Shown: positions 36,840-50,508, numbered from the whole stretch's first letter. The stretch is DNA of 57,868 nt, filler included, from Sphacelaria rigidula (GCA_964200075.2; 7 parts of 7 records of this genome joined end to end with filler, not necessarily neighbours in it); one strand, 5' to 3'. Notes: generated from the sequence alone by a model not told the origin. Program-made: numbers and translations.

Positions 36840-38128
36840 GTGAGTGCGTGCGCCGCACGTAGTACACGGTCGATTACATGGTCTTTTATGGTTGGTCACT
36901 TGCGCCTCATATGATTAGCCTGTTTTTTGTTGTTATGCAATAGGATACGTCATGGGCGGCGTTTTCGCCGGCTGCTCTGGTGTACAGAAGGACGTTGCAT
37001 ACTATTGGCGCTGGCTGTACTCTTCGATGTCTCCTATACCAGCGGGGCTAGTCGTATAACGTGGAACCCCTCAGCACATGACAACTTCTTCGGTTTCCCG
37101 AATCAGCCCGATTGAAGCATATCGCTGTGAAGTGTAGACAAACCTGGTCATGTACGTTCTGTCGCCAAGATGAAAATAAATGAAAAAAATATACTGCATA
37201 ACATATAACCTCAACGACGCAACGACATTCTGAGAAATAAAAGAGGATCTGTCAGGATTCGAACTCATGACCTCCATAACTGGAGTCTCCAGTATCGCTT
37301 AGATTACAGGGGCGCAGCGGTGTCACACGAGAAGTTCCACGCTGGGCCCAGTTTCAGGGTTTTTCAGCCGGAAGTTCACCGAGACCTTCTGCGCGCAAGT
37401 GCAAGATTCGTGACGGGGGATGCCCCTGTTTTTTATTTTGAATCAGATGTGGCATTTTTCAGTTTTTGATGGAATTTCAAGTCACTCAAAATTTCTGTTT
37501 TTTTTTTCTCGGCATCCCCGGAGATGTTGCGCGTGTATATGATGAAAATGTGTCGGAATTCCAGCGCGAAACTCCTGAAATTAAGCACCGCGTCACCTGA
37601 CGACCGAAAAAAGACATTCTCAGCTGAAAAAGACACTCTCAGCTGGTCCAGCTGGTACATATTCATATATATATGTTCCTTTTGTTGAATGACAAATTCA
37701 ACTATTTCGTGTGCTGACAACCAAGTAACAACTGTGAATTCGGCTGTTCGGTGTTTTTTTTCTCCCTTCGCTCACTCAGCATACTTTTTTCTCCTGCACT
37801 CACAACCGAGAAAGACGAAACAATCTTCCCTGCTAATATTATTATTTTTGATCATACCAAATTACTATTTGCCCGACAAGCCACTAACGACAAACAGAAC
37901 GCTGAACGTGACTTGAATGTCAACATATCCAGAGACAAAAGTTCCGAACGTGACCTGATCATGAGATAGCATGTTGTCGTTACCACGGTGACGGCTAATC
38001 TTGCGTCGGGGATCCAGTTTCGGGTCGATGTTTTTCTTGAACCAAAGCTACACAGATGAGTGACCATCGACAGGAAATCTCAACAGCACCAATGCCACCA
38101 ATTCTTTTGAACTCCCCGAAACGAACAG

Positions 38129-38277
38129 GTGTTTATTTCGGCATGATCGGGTATATCAAGGGGTCTCTTTTCCCCGTGCCAAGGGACGCCAGTAAGGGCA
38201 CCAAGATCGGATACGACCTCGTCGCCGGTATTACCGGAGGAACGTTGGCCACCATCGCCAACACGCCGTTCGATGTC
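38129..38277 (+). CDS. Mitochondrial carrier exon
   Basis: GVYFGMIGYIK...AGITGGTLATIANTPFDV; AG/GT boundaries with matching phase; begins the PxDxxK signature. Confidence 0.9.
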
Positions 38278-39081
38278 GTGAGTGTGGCGGTAGTGGATGA
38301 TGACCTCCTCGAAATGAGTGTGGAATGAAAACAGAGCATTCACTCTTGATATCGCTCAATGTTTTGTTTTTCGTGTGAGTGTTGGTGTTGCTACTGTATT
38401 GATGTACGAAATTGTTCGGGGAGGAAGTACCGCGGACGCTATGTAGCTAGATGGTGGCCGCACGCCAGCTTGGTTACGTCGTGTGGTTGTCCTTCCCGGT
38501 GATGTCTTGCCGTGGAGACATAGTGGAGCTGATGTAGAAGAGAACAGGCGCATGAACAATGCACAAGTAAGTCGGTGATCATAGTTCGACAAACACCAGC
38601 GTAGATCCATCAGTGGATACGACGGCTTTCAAGGTTCGTACTAATAATGATCCGTCTGGAAATTGTTTGCTTGTAGTGTAACTGATTCATACCGTACGAA
38701 TCAAAGCTTTGTTCTGTTTTCCAGCGTTGCACCGCAGGTACTTGACGGGTATACCCCGCGCACGTGTAACGGCGTAAACATTTGCAAAAGAAACTGTTAC
38801 GACCCTCGGTTAACGGTTTTTGTCTATTTCGACCAATCGGAATGGTAGATTTGGTGATTCGAACCGGCGATGATTCATCCGACCCCGGGATGTTTTTCTC
38901 CGTGGAGATGGGGAACGACAGATCTTCACTTCGCGAAGGAAACACTGACCTCCAACCGTTTGAAGGTGGTGAGCTCTGCTGTTGGACAACAACACATACA
39001 ACGTGCAGGTATCACCTGCGCGACCGATATCCATTCGAACGCTCCGCGGTTCCCGTTTCTCCCTATTTTTGCACGGAACAG

Positions 39082-39197
39082 GTGAAGTCGCGGATGCAGA
39101 ATCAGCTCAAGGTGGAAGGAGAGTTACCCAAGTACCGATATTCTGTTCCGTCTTTGATAACTGTGGCCAGTGAGGAAGGGATAGGAGCCGTATACAA
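39082..39197 (+). CDS. Mitochondrial carrier exon
   Basis: VKSRMQNQ...KYRYSVPSLITVASEEGIGAVYK completes PFDVVKSRMQ. Confidence 0.9.
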
Positions 39198-39580
39198 GTG
39201 AGCGTCCCACTTTTTCTTGGGAAACCGAAGAAAAATATGTGTGCGTGTGTGTTGGGGGGAGGGCGGGTAACGAACAGATGAAGTGGGATGAAGCTCTTCT
39301 GGGTTTTTTCCAAGACTTGTGTTGGAGACGCTGTACTACTGTGGGATTCAGTTTTCAAGGACACACACGCTAATATTCGTACATTTTTTTTCGCCTGCCT
39401 GTAAAGAGTGGATGGAGACGCAAAGTGATCCACAACATACAGGCGGTGTGGAGACTTATGTGGGGTGATTGTACCAAGGAATGAAATGCTTGTTTCTTGG
39501 TGGAGAACGACATAGTGTGTGTGCTACCCTTGTCTTTGCTTTGAGTACAGGCACAGTAGGTATATACAGATACATGTTTA

Positions 39581-40187
39581 CTTTCTCTGTGTTCTCTGTG
39601 CCATAATTGAAGTCCGTTATGATTACACGGGCCCTTAACGGTGTGATATTTGACGTTCGATTTTTTCATTGCATTCGTAGACGTTTTTTGAGCTAAAACA
39701 ACCAACCTTTTTTCTACAACGTGGGTGCCTGGCCCATGCAGCCGCGCGGCCGAGAAAAAGTAGGTCGGTCCAAAAACGGTCATTTTTCGCTCGCTTTCCC
39801 AGAAAAGCATGAGAGATCCGGGAACATGAAGAATCGCGAAAAATGGGCCACAAAACGTGAAACCGCAAAACCACCATTGATTTTGAACATGTCCGTGATT
39901 TTAACGTACGCACGCCTCATCCAACAGTTTGTCAGCATGTAATTGCTAGTGCTCGATGTGAAAACGTCCAAAAATCGGCCAATGATTGCGGTATAAATGG
40001 GTCAAAATGGGTCAAAATGGGGTATATTGCGACATAATTTTAGTGATTTTTTTTTTCCCCAGTTTTTTTCACTAGCTTCGTCTGCGCTTCACCTCTCTCA
40101 CGAATCCGACCATAGGATGATCGTCAACGTTGAAATACCCAAACGATTAAACGCTCATAACGGACTTTACCTATGGCACAGAGGAAG
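39581..40187. mobile_element. Tc1/mariner-type (Stowaway-like) MITE in a carrier-gene intron
   Basis: TIRs CTCTGTGCCATAATTGAAGTCCGTTATGA and TCATAACGGACTTTACCTATGGCACAGAG; both ends flanked by TA. Confidence 0.7.
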
Positions 40188-41074
40188 TATATGTTCATAT
40201 GTTTTTAGTTCGGCACACTTTTAACCTCCCCCTTTCCTCGGGGAGAGCGCCTCGTCTCGAGGGATTGGCCCCTGCCCCCCACTGGTACACGCTTTCCATT
40301 TTGATACGATCGTGGATGGGATGAGCACCCCCGCACTGCATCGACTTGCGTTAAGTAAGGTCTCCCGTTTCCATGACTGAAACTAGATGGTGCTCAGGAA
40401 ACCTCCAAGAAAATAATGCAGTCACTGGAAATCGAACCCGCTATCTTCCGAGCTAATGACTCAAATGTACTTTGAGATCACCAGGGTGCAGCTGCAGAAC
40501 AAGACTGCATTAGTTCGTACAGCAGAAGCGATGATCCATCTCTTTGAAGACAAACTTTCAGTGTAGACGAAACAGATTGTTCCCTCCCTGGTCAGTTTAT
40601 TTGTTTTGTGGAACATGGCTTCTACTGCATGTCTTCACGGCATTTGTGTTTTCACCATGTTATGACTTTGTCTTTGCCTGAGTAATCATCCGCATGAGTA
40701 TAAAGCGTGTTGCTGTTGCCGGCGGTTCTATTTCGTTGCCGCGAAACGGGCGATGTGTTCACTGTTGGGAAGCCCCTTTTTCAAATAGATTTCTGTTGTC
40801 AGTGTCCGTCAACCAGTTTGGCTACAAGGTAGTTCGGAATATTTACTCTACCTGGACGTTTTATCGAGCAAACGATATTCGTGTGTTTTTTTGTGTATGG
40901 CAGTGTTCTTTCTTCGTGTTTGTCGTCGTTGGTAGTATCGGCGTTCTTGTCAAGGCATTGATGAAAAAAGTGCTTCAGGACATCAGGTTGCTACATTTCC
41001 TTCGAAAGCACCCCCTAACCCCCACCCGCCCCCCACCACGTTTCTCTTGCCCCGCCTTTTTGTTCTGTTGCCAG

Positions 41075-41168
41075 GGGCCTCGGGCCGCGGTTGGTGCGAC
41101 TTGGTCCCGGGGGAGGGATAATGCTTGTTGCTTTCAACGGGATCCTAGACATGCTCAAGGACTACTAG
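41075..41168 (+). CDS. Mitochondrial carrier terminal exon
   Basis: (K)GLGPRLVRLGPGGGIMLVAFNGILDMLKDY followed by TAG; RLGPGGG is typical of ODC/SLC25A21-type carriers. Confidence 0.9.
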
Positions 41169-41307
41169 ATTAATAGTTTACACCCGGCCATGACACCCTC
41201 CTTGTCTGACCAGCAGCAGGCCAGGGCCGAGTCTTGGGGTGCTACAACTGTTGATTATGGATGTTCTTGGGTGTAGTATAGGCATCGTAGAGAATGCTGC
41301 CCCCCCC

Positions 41308-41407
41308 NNNNNNNNNNNNNNNNNNNNNNNNNNNNNNNNNNNNNNNNNNNNTTAATTAATTAANNNNNNNNNNNNNNNNNNNNNNNNNNNNNNNNNNNNN
41401 NNNNNNN
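41308..41407. other. Artificial contig linker
   Basis: Same 100-bp structure. Confidence 0.97.
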
Positions 41408-41730
41408 ACAGCGCGGGAGAGCATGTACAACGCCGTGCTATACGATAGGTTGGGTGTTTGATTCCAGGGGGAAAAGACTCATAGATGAACCGGACAACCT
41501 GACTCATTCGCCGTGCGCTTGTCTTTGGGTAAAATGGCCTCAAGCAGAACAGTACTGTACGGATTATCGTTCTTTATCGGTAACACTCGCGTTCTGGACA
41601 TGGTTGCTCCTAAAATCGATTAGAAGTTGAATTTAGTGCAAGCAACGGCCCAAAATACCCCCCGTCCTATCCTAGCACCACTTTACATGTTTGTGCTATC
41701 CCCGTCTTGTTGAATACGCGACAGCAGTAT

Positions 41731-41963
41731 ATTCGACTTGACTGTCGACGAGGGAAAGGGGCTACTGAACCCCTCTCGCGATAAAAAATAAAGGTAAGCA
41801 CCGCAGAAGAAAAATGGAGTACTGTACTAGAAACAAACACATGAGGAAAAAACCTCCGGTGTTGACCTTCCTCCTATGTGACCCCGACTGGTGCGCCCAC
41901 ATATACCGAAAGGTGAAAGGTGTAGACCGGCGTCCAGAATAGATGGGACGACAACTCATACAC
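41731..41963 (+). mobile_element. 5'-truncated copy of the tRNA-derived SINE
   Basis: Shares the body GTCGACGAGGGAAA...TTGACCTTCCTCCT...AGATGGGACGACAAC with 43333-43660 and 50509-50835. Confidence 0.8.
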
Positions 41964-43332
41964 AGTATCGTAAACACAGCCTCCGGATAACAACCCGGCA
42001 CAGTAGACAGCGTTGGGCACACGGATTTTTTCTTTTTCGTTTGTTTTAATTCCCCACCATCCTTCTGCGGTGCTTGCCTTTATTTTGTAGTGTAGCGGTG
42101 AAATTTTCCTGTGCTTTCCTGTGCCGGTACGACAGGCAAAACAAACGACGGCCTAGTTAAGCTCTTGATCGTCACATTTTGGGGGTTTCGTCTGATGTTC
42201 GAGATCAATCGTTCAATCGATCAACTCGCTGTATGAGTATGCGGGCGTTGGGATCAAAACCACAAGACGCCGCACTAGTACGCATGGACTCGAAATGATT
42301 TTTGAAGAGTTCACGCAGGTTCACGTGCAATATCGCGATCAAATGGTTCCCCACGGCACAGTATGGGTCGGTACTGATTGTAGCATAGGGGCACCGAACA
42401 AGCATCGAACTTATGAAGACTTGAGGTTGAACGATGAGCAAGTTCTACACCGAACAATATAGTAGTGGCACGTCGTAGGACAGGGTTGCACAGGGTTGCA
42501 CAAAAACTCGAGCTACGAAAAACGACGCCGAAGACAAGCGTTTAATACCATGATTCAGACCTCGTTCTTCTCCCGAGTCACTAAATCCTGAAATAAACGC
42601 TAGAGACACCACCCGTTTTCAAATGGATGATGCTCACAAGAAAGATGATACCTCATTGCTTCTCAAGAAGCAAAATTACCCTCCCAAGTGTGACCACGGG
42701 TCCGAGAGATCGGACTAATGTGCGGAAATACTAATGCTAATACTACTAGTAATAATAATAATGATGATGATAATAAGAGTGTTGTAAAAATGATTGGACT
42801 GTCATTCCGAACAATTCGCGCCCATCGGGAGGACCAATCACTGACATGAATTCTCTTCATGGCGGTTGGGGTTAGATACTGTACGGCACTGCAGTATCTC
42901 TGTCCATGTGCGACTGCGGTGTTCAGGCATTAAGTGCATACACGTATAGTTACGTTAGGGGTGGATGGGGGGTGCTTGCCCTCATCGTATTGATAGCCCC
43001 AGTCCGCCATATATTCGCTGTGACCAATTTCCAGGTGGCAATGAGCAGTGGCAGAATACCAGCTGAACTTCGGCAACAACTTGGTCGTGAGATGACGCCC
43101 TTCTAGTTGCACCGGTATCGCCTGCCTGCCTTTGCTGGCAGTGCGCAGTTTTCATCTGTGTACAGCTGACGCGCACATTCGATGTTTCGCCCTTATGCAC
43201 AACTCTCACTGCTGCTACTTGTCTCGTCGGAGAGAACCACACGATGTCGTATCTTACCCGCACGGACGGTACTGGTATGACTTTCCCCCCGCCTATGACT
43301 TTCCCGGGGCGACCGTAATATCACGTATCATG

Positions 43333-43660
43333 GGCCGGTCGCCCCGATGGCTCTGTTGGTAACCTCGAAACCCTATGACGAGTGATCGTGGGTTCGAGTC
43401 TCGGAGCGTTCTGGGATTTTTCTCGTACAATACCCAACAGTGCAGAGGGACAGTGTCGTGGGTACACAACATTCGACTTGATGATCGACGAGGGAAAAGG
43501 ACTGCTAAACCCCTCTCGCGATCAAAAAAGCAGGCACCACAGCAAGGAAGTGTAGGACTAAAACAAACGAAGAAGAAAATATTCCGGTGTTAACCTTTTT
43601 CCTGTGTGACCCCGGCTGGTAGATGGGACGACAACACACACACATACATACACACACACC
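43333..43660 (+). mobile_element. tRNA-derived SINE
   Basis: A box TGGCTCTGTTGG, B box GGTTCGAGTC, conserved body, CA-rich tail. Confidence 0.8.
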
Positions 43661-46221
43661 ATCATGGAAGGTACACGTATTCTTCCTCCTGGGGGAACCC
43701 CTTCCCTCAAACCACGTTCAGCACGTAGTGTACCACCGGTGTTGGCGGCGCTTTGCTCTCTACTCTGGCGACGGTGGGTCTGTCGGTAGCTGTTGACACT
43801 GCATGATTTTTGTTGTTGAGTCACCGTAGTATCTACATATACTTCATACTGGTGATGTGTGTTACGGAAAACGAATGGTTGTATGAATATATATATACTA
43901 CGTGTATGTTTTCCTCAGGGGGTGATACGCCCCCCCTCGTCGGCACACGCACACAACACATCAACTGCTATGCCTGACAGAAACGTTCAACGCATTGGCT
44001 GGAAAACGCCGTAGAGCAGTGCAAAGCCCTCTGCGAGTTGCCTACAGAAATTATGCTACCCTCCCTATTCAAGATGGCACGCGTTCACCAGGCAACTCCA
44101 AAACTCAGCCGCCTCACTCCTCTTCCTTTCATAGTAAGTTCTTTCTTCATGACTCGCGGTTAGCTCGTACTAAAATGTTGAGGACAGAGTAATATCTTGT
44201 CCCGAGTCCAGAGTCCCACTTTTAGCGCGTTGACTAACTTCAATTCGTGCATTTAACTATGCGTGACCCCGCTTGATTACTTGGATAGATTATCCGCTAC
44301 TCCGCTCAACCAAAATTGACAAGAGTGAAGACGTGAAGTGTAATTCAGTTGTTCACTTACATGCCGCCCACTGTGTTTGCGCAAGAAGAGAAGGGTCTCG
44401 TGCAGGTACTACCCTCAATCGATGGCCTCGATAATTTTCCCAAGACTAGCATCTAGAGTCCACTGTTCGCTGAGGAAAAAGCGCCGCATGGAAGTGAGGC
44501 TCTCCGTGAAATCCGGTCTCGCAACGGACACCGTTGTGGGTGCATGTCGAGTCTCGGTGTCAGTTAATCATGTCGAAATGCGCAACAAGCGTTTGATCAA
44601 CTTGGTGCTGTGGACTGAGCGAACAGCCCTCGAAAGCGAGCTTACTGTGAAGAGGACACTTGGCAATCAAACCTTGACCCTGTAGAAGAAATTGTTGGCA
44701 TGAAGGTCAGCTATACACAGAAACAAAAGTGGTGTGGAGTCGCTGTGTCCTCATATTGTGGTATTCTGACCGAATCACGTAAAGGCTGAAAAATATTTCG
44801 CGTCGATGTTGTTGCACTCTTGCTTCCTCCTGGAATGGATATAACGTCCATGCACTTCTACGAAACAGATTCATGATGCCGAAGGCCTCGACGACCAACA
44901 GCTGTCCGTAGGACCTAAGCATCCCTTGTAAACTGCTGTAGTGATCGAGATATTGCGGTTTAGCTGATCTCCCACGGCTCCACGTTAAAACGTACGTTCG
45001 TGCGTGCTAGATACTTGTCGCCCCCCCCCCCCCCCTGTTACCCGTTCGATTTGTCATTTTCCGTCCATAATGTAGTATATATAGTTGGAGCTACAATATA
45101 CCTTTGAGCTTACACGAGCTTCCTTTTTACCCAGTAGGAAATTCCATGGATGGTGAGCATCGGTTTTCCTTCGCGCGAGAGCAGGAGCTATACCGTACGA
45201 TACCTAGTGAAACCCCTTGCGCAACAAACGCTGTGCTTTTGACGATAGCGAGTGATCATGAGAAATAAGGCTGAATACTGGGGGGTGTTGAATCGCGCAA
45301 TGTCAGTGTGATCAGGGTAATGCTACCGAGCGTATCAGAACCCATGTTGGCAACCCTCCTGTGCTACGAAAATCGAACTCGATCCTTGACCCCAGGTCAC
45401 ACATACGCAAGTCCCTCTGTTTTGCGCGCGCGTGTACGCACCGACTAAAGACGCCACGGAGTGAAGGCATCATCTCCCCCCAGATCACTGACCCCTCCTG
45501 TTTTCCGAGAACAACGACTACGCGTACTATATCTTTCGCCCCGCAGCAGTGCGTATTACACAATCCTTTGACCGTAACCTTCCTTCCATCCTTCTACTTC
45601 CCGCGCTCCTGGTTGCCTGCTCGCCGCCCGAATGTGCGCTTGGGACACGTCCGTCCGGGTTTGGCGTGCCTTGGCCATCTGCGATCTGCTCAGGCGACCT
45701 CTTCTAGGTGACAATACATTGAGCGGTGCTTTACGCTTCTGGTGAACGGTTGGTTGGCTTTTATGCACGTGCAGTACGGAGATGGTTGTAGGTCCACAGA
45801 CGTTGAGATCACAACTTGCGCACCATACATTAACCGCGTTGGTGAGATGAAAAAAGCACCCCGAAAGCGGAGGCCACAAGAAGCGAGAAGAAATTCTGGC
45901 TATCGTACCGTCATACAGCACGTGGTCTGGACTAACAACGCTGGGAATAGGGAAATTATAGTCTGAAATGCATGGGTTCGTTTTTTCCGACATCATCAAA
46001 GAACTGGATCTTTGGGACAAGCGGTTCGTGTTGTTTGGATTTTCAATCGTGATTGACTTTATCGTTTAACCACGCGCGGTGTCTCCTCTTCCCCATGTTT
46101 CACTCATACACACGGTGCGTCACCTATTCTCGCTGAACCCAACAACCACTGTTTTAGTTCTCCACAGTCCTTTTAAGTTGCCATTACTCTTGGCGTTTCT
46201 TTCTTTGTAAAATAATCGCAG

Positions 46222-46380
46222 AGCCATGTGTATGTCTGCTGTGACGGAGGGAAGCAGCACGCGTTCAGAGGTCCTCGGCACCATGGGTGCGGCTCTAGTA
46301 GGAATTGTTGCCGGTACAGCCGTTGCTCCTTTGGCCTCTAACGCTGCATCAGTCGCCAATGCTAACAGGGAACTATCCTC
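46222..46380 (+). CDS. Exon of a plastid thylakoid-lumen-type protein (targeting region)
   Basis: AMCMSA...STRSEVLGTMGAALVGIVAGTAVAPLASNA-ASVANANRELS: Arg-containing motif, hydrophobic stretch, small-x-Ala site; cag| and |gtgagt boundaries; the signal-peptide exon(s) could not be fixed. Confidence 0.75.
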
Positions 46381-46758
46381 GTGAGTGCGTTGTTGAAGGT
46401 TTATTCTTGTCTCATCGTATTTTCGTGCTCTTCACTTGTCGATGTCAAGATGCATAGAGCCTTCTCCTGCAGCAGGACGTCCGATCCGCGCAGGGTTGTC
46501 GTGGTAACCCGGAAATACGGTCTCCTTGCTGTGTGCACCCGTGGTATGATGGGGTGTTCGTGGCGCGTGACAGTACATCAACATCGGCAGTGCGAACCTA
46601 CCACAAAACAAAACAAAACATTACGCTCGCCTCTATGCAGCATTGCCAGTTCTCGGCCTGCTCACTTTCCCCCATTCCTAATATGCCCAACTTGAAACAT
46701 ATCGATTATCGTCTCACTTCGCCGCCGCCTGCTGCCCACATTTGATTACGTCCCCAAG

Positions 46759-46890
46759 GTTCGATCTCCCCCCGATCGTGGACGCTCCCGATGGTTTCAA
46801 CACTTTGGTGGAGAGCTATGGGACTAAAGACGCGAAGCGTGACACGTCTATTCTCGGCTCTAGCGACCGAGACCCGATCTTAGTGACTTG
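46759..46890 (+). CDS. Exon of the lumen-type protein
   Basis: SFDLPPIVDAPDGFNTLVESYG...RDPILVTW; phase 2 on both sides, matching the neighbouring exons. Confidence 0.8.
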
Positions 46891-47442
46891 GTGGGTGCTG
46901 TACCTCTGTTCCGTGTAAGGGTTGGTTTTTCGGGTGGGAATTTCGTATATTGACATCTCGTGCGTCCGGCCACTTCTCGAAAACTCGCTTTGTGCAAAAA
47001 TGAGCACACGCCATTGCCTTTGATGTATTTTTGTTGTCTCTGGCCTTGAGGACGCACGATAAAGGCTGCAAGTTAACTTTCGAGCGAAGAAACGAATTTG
47101 AAAGCATACCTCAAATCGTGAGTATCGTCCGACGATCGCCTGAATAGGGTGAGTTTACCGAAGCGCCGTCCCATGGTGACCCCCCCGCCGCATCAATGGC
47201 CGAACGACTGGAGCAAGCAACATATGAGTACCCCCCCTCTTCCCCCCCTTCAATGGTGCTCCGTCTTGAAAGGGATGCGTGGTCAATGATCAATCGACTA
47301 AGGCAAGCAACAAATGGATACCCCCCCCGCCCCCGCCTCCTTCCCTCCCTCCCCCCCCGCCGCCGCCGCACCGGTCTCCCCCGCGGCGCGCCCCTACGCC
47401 CGCGACGACCGCTCGTCTCTGTGACATCGTTTCAAAATCCAG

Positions 47443-47638
47443 GAACTACCCCAAGGGTTGGTTGGTCCAGACGCCGACGATGGATACCAACAAGGAGGCG
47501 GGCACTGTTTCGACGGGGGACTACGGAAGGGGGGACTCGGCGGCGCTGTTCGTGACGCCCAAGTCGGCAATCGGCGGATCGAGCCTGTCTGATAAGAGCA
47601 CCGTGGACGGGGTCCTTCGGAAAGCGCTCTCTCAGAAG
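47443..47638 (+). CDS. Exon of the lumen-type protein (possibly PsbP-like fold)
   Basis: NYPKGWLVQTPTMDTNKEAGTVSTGDYGRGDSAALFV...VLRKALSQK; cag| and |gtagca boundaries; downstream exons not found in the contig. Confidence 0.8.
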
Positions 47639-49588
47639 GTAGCACGCTTGTTGTACGGCGGGCGAAGAATGAAGAATGAAGAAATGAACAACACAATCCC
47701 GCACATGATAACGTGGGGTGCTTCAACTTGAATGTTTTTCAACATCAGCGGGCGGCCACGCGGCTTGCTCCCACGCTGTGGATATCTGAATTTGCAGAGA
47801 GCAGTCGTTCTACTGTTCAGCAATCACACTCCGGGACGCACAGAACACTTTAAAGCTTGAGTGACCTCCTCTATTCGATGCTTGTACACTGGTACGCAGC
47901 CATGGCCATACCTGTGAGGTGTCACTTTGTCCCGGGGAGTAAATCTTTCACCACTTTTCACATCTGTGCTCGCTACGCTTGCAGCATGGGTGGTACGGTT
48001 GCTGTACTGTTTGTATATATATATATATATATATAGTTGCATCTCGATATATGTATTGCGTTTTCTTGTATCCTTTTTGTGCGGTCCTTGATTGATTGCG
48101 ACTTCACACGCGTAATCTCCATCCTGTACCCAGAACCCACCTTGCACCTTGTCGTTATTGGGTGCCCGTTAAATGGTTTTCCCCAGGCCCCGTCAAATGT
48201 CGATTTTAAACACGGATCACGTGTACCACGCATTGTGTAGCTAGTTGTTGACCACCGATGATTTTTGTGTTGTGTGCTCGGGTGACACCGACCTCGATTT
48301 GTTTTTGCCGTCGCTTTCGAATCTTGTTACATTGTGCACTCCCGCCCCCCAACTCAGATTGGGCGGGAGGGGGGGGGAGGGAAAATCTCATGAATCACCC
48401 GTTCAAACACGGTGTGACTTTTCACGTATCCGACCTTTGGCTCCCATCTGGAGACTGTGCTGAGCGCAGCCGCACCAGCTCAGGCATCAACACAAATCTC
48501 CCCACCATCCAGCGTGTGCACCCGCTTTGTGGTATACCGATGGTGCTTGGCCGACATTCTGTGCTTCGTGAAAAAACTCAGACAACAAACCATTCGCGAT
48601 GCTGTCACCAACTGATGGCCGCACGATATCCGTCTCCCGGATCTCATGAACCTCGACTTCAATCCACATACCGTTATTGTCACTTCACCATGGATGCGCT
48701 TGCTCTTTTACTTCACTACTTCTCCCACACTGAAGTGCTTCTCGTGACTCATCACACAGGGAACTGTGCAGGTCAATGTGTTCTGGAATGGCTTCTAGAT
48801 ACCGCAACCACGATAAACATCTAGGAAAATTCCTCCCGCTCCTGCACAAAATATAATTTTTTTCCGAACACAGAATCGAGCCTTTTGGAGAGGAGACACG
48901 GTTCATGTGTACACGCATGGTACTCTGCTGATTCATGATTGTTCAGCACGCCTACTATTGTGCTTGTTAATTTACTTTTTTTGTTCTGGAGTCGTGTTAT
49001 TGTATTTAGTACTGCCCTTCGATCTCGCTTCCTTACCGTCTGTGCTCCGAGTGTGCCTATGCAATACGTCCTCACAGCCGCTCCAGTCTCGTGTGGTGCA
49101 CTCCTGACAGTATGTACCTGGTATGCTCCTGGTGCAAACTGTGCGTGTACGCATGTACTCGTTCCTCACATGTGCACTCCCTCTCGCACAACGTGAGCTC
49201 GGTGCAAACTACATTAATCCTGATCACATCTCGTTCTCGTCATCCTAAAGATTCACAGATTCATTTGTGTGCAATTTACTGCGTTGCTGCAGCTTGGTGT
49301 TGGGGGTTTGGGTTCAAATGGTTGCCTATTTACTTATCGGAGAAGAATGTTCGAAGATAAGGGTCGGAAAATATTGAGAAAAATCGTTTTTTTCTTGATG
49401 AAGTTGATGGTACAATAATGATGCATCCTTCTTCTTGCAGTTCCAAGTGACTTGAAATATATGTAGCAACCTTTTTCAAAATGGATCACCACGTGGTGCA
49501 TATACTTGGAACTACATTATTTCAAGGGTCGGACAAATAATGATTCGTCTGGAAACTACTTGGTTTTAGTATGATGAGTCGACTCGTG

Positions 49589-49688
49589 NNNNNNNNNNNN
49601 NNNNNNNNNNNNNNNNNNNNNNNNNNNNNNNNTTAATTAATTAANNNNNNNNNNNNNNNNNNNNNNNNNNNNNNNNNNNNNNNNNNNN
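49589..49688. other. Artificial contig linker
   Basis: Same 100-bp structure. Confidence 0.97.
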
Positions 49689-50276
49689 CGAAAACCCGGC
49701 GTGCTCCGTCCCGGCTTTATAGGGATGCGAGGTCAATGGTCTGATGATTATGGCGTGCATGATCATGAGTACACCCCCCCGCACTAACGGGTCTTAGATG
49801 AACGGAAATACTCTTTTTACGGTAATAGCGGCGTCGCCGGTGTGTACGACGGTCCATCAGGGGGTTAGGCAGTGGTGATTAGAACCTCGTCGTAGAAGTC
49901 GTTCAAGGAATCGAGGCTACAGAGCCCCAGGAATGTCAAGAGCAAAGCTGCGCTCTCCATATGAAACACTTGTCGAATCTCCTCCGTCCCCTCTTTCCGT
50001 CTGGCTATATTTATATAAGGCATCTCGCGACGAACATTTTTCATGCTGAAAACACAGAAAAATTGTCAGTGAAACCTGTTCGAAAATGTCATAACCCGTG
50101 AACTTATTATCACTACGCCGTGACAATGTACCATCTCAAGCGTACCATGCATATCAAGCGCATCAGGAGTTTAACCAGTGCTTCGGGTCCCCGTACCCCC
50201 CCCGCACCGCTGTGCCTTTCTTCTCCCCCCTTCCCTCGACCCCCCTCCCTATCTGTTTGCGACTGCCGAACGCAAG

Positions 50277-50360
50277 GTGGATTTTGCTGGCAATCCCCCT
50301 GTTCGTACGAAAGCAGTTCGTGCCAAAGGGCGAGACGGCTTATCCCCGGGTTGGGCACAG
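50277..50360 (+). CDS. Ferlin-family protein exon (C2 domain)
   Basis: VDFAGNPPVRTKAVRAKGRDGLSPGWAQ; aag| and |gtgcgc boundaries; phase 0. Confidence 0.8.
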
Positions 50361-50508
50361 GTGCGCACTACTTATTCTCTCCTTTTTTCCAACCCCACGA
50401 GGCATTGGTCTGTTGCGGGTGATTAAGATAGCTGCTTGCAAAGACGTCGGAAGTGGTTAGCCCGTGAACAGACGATAAACCCGAGAGAAACGTCGAACAA
50501 TACTCCAA

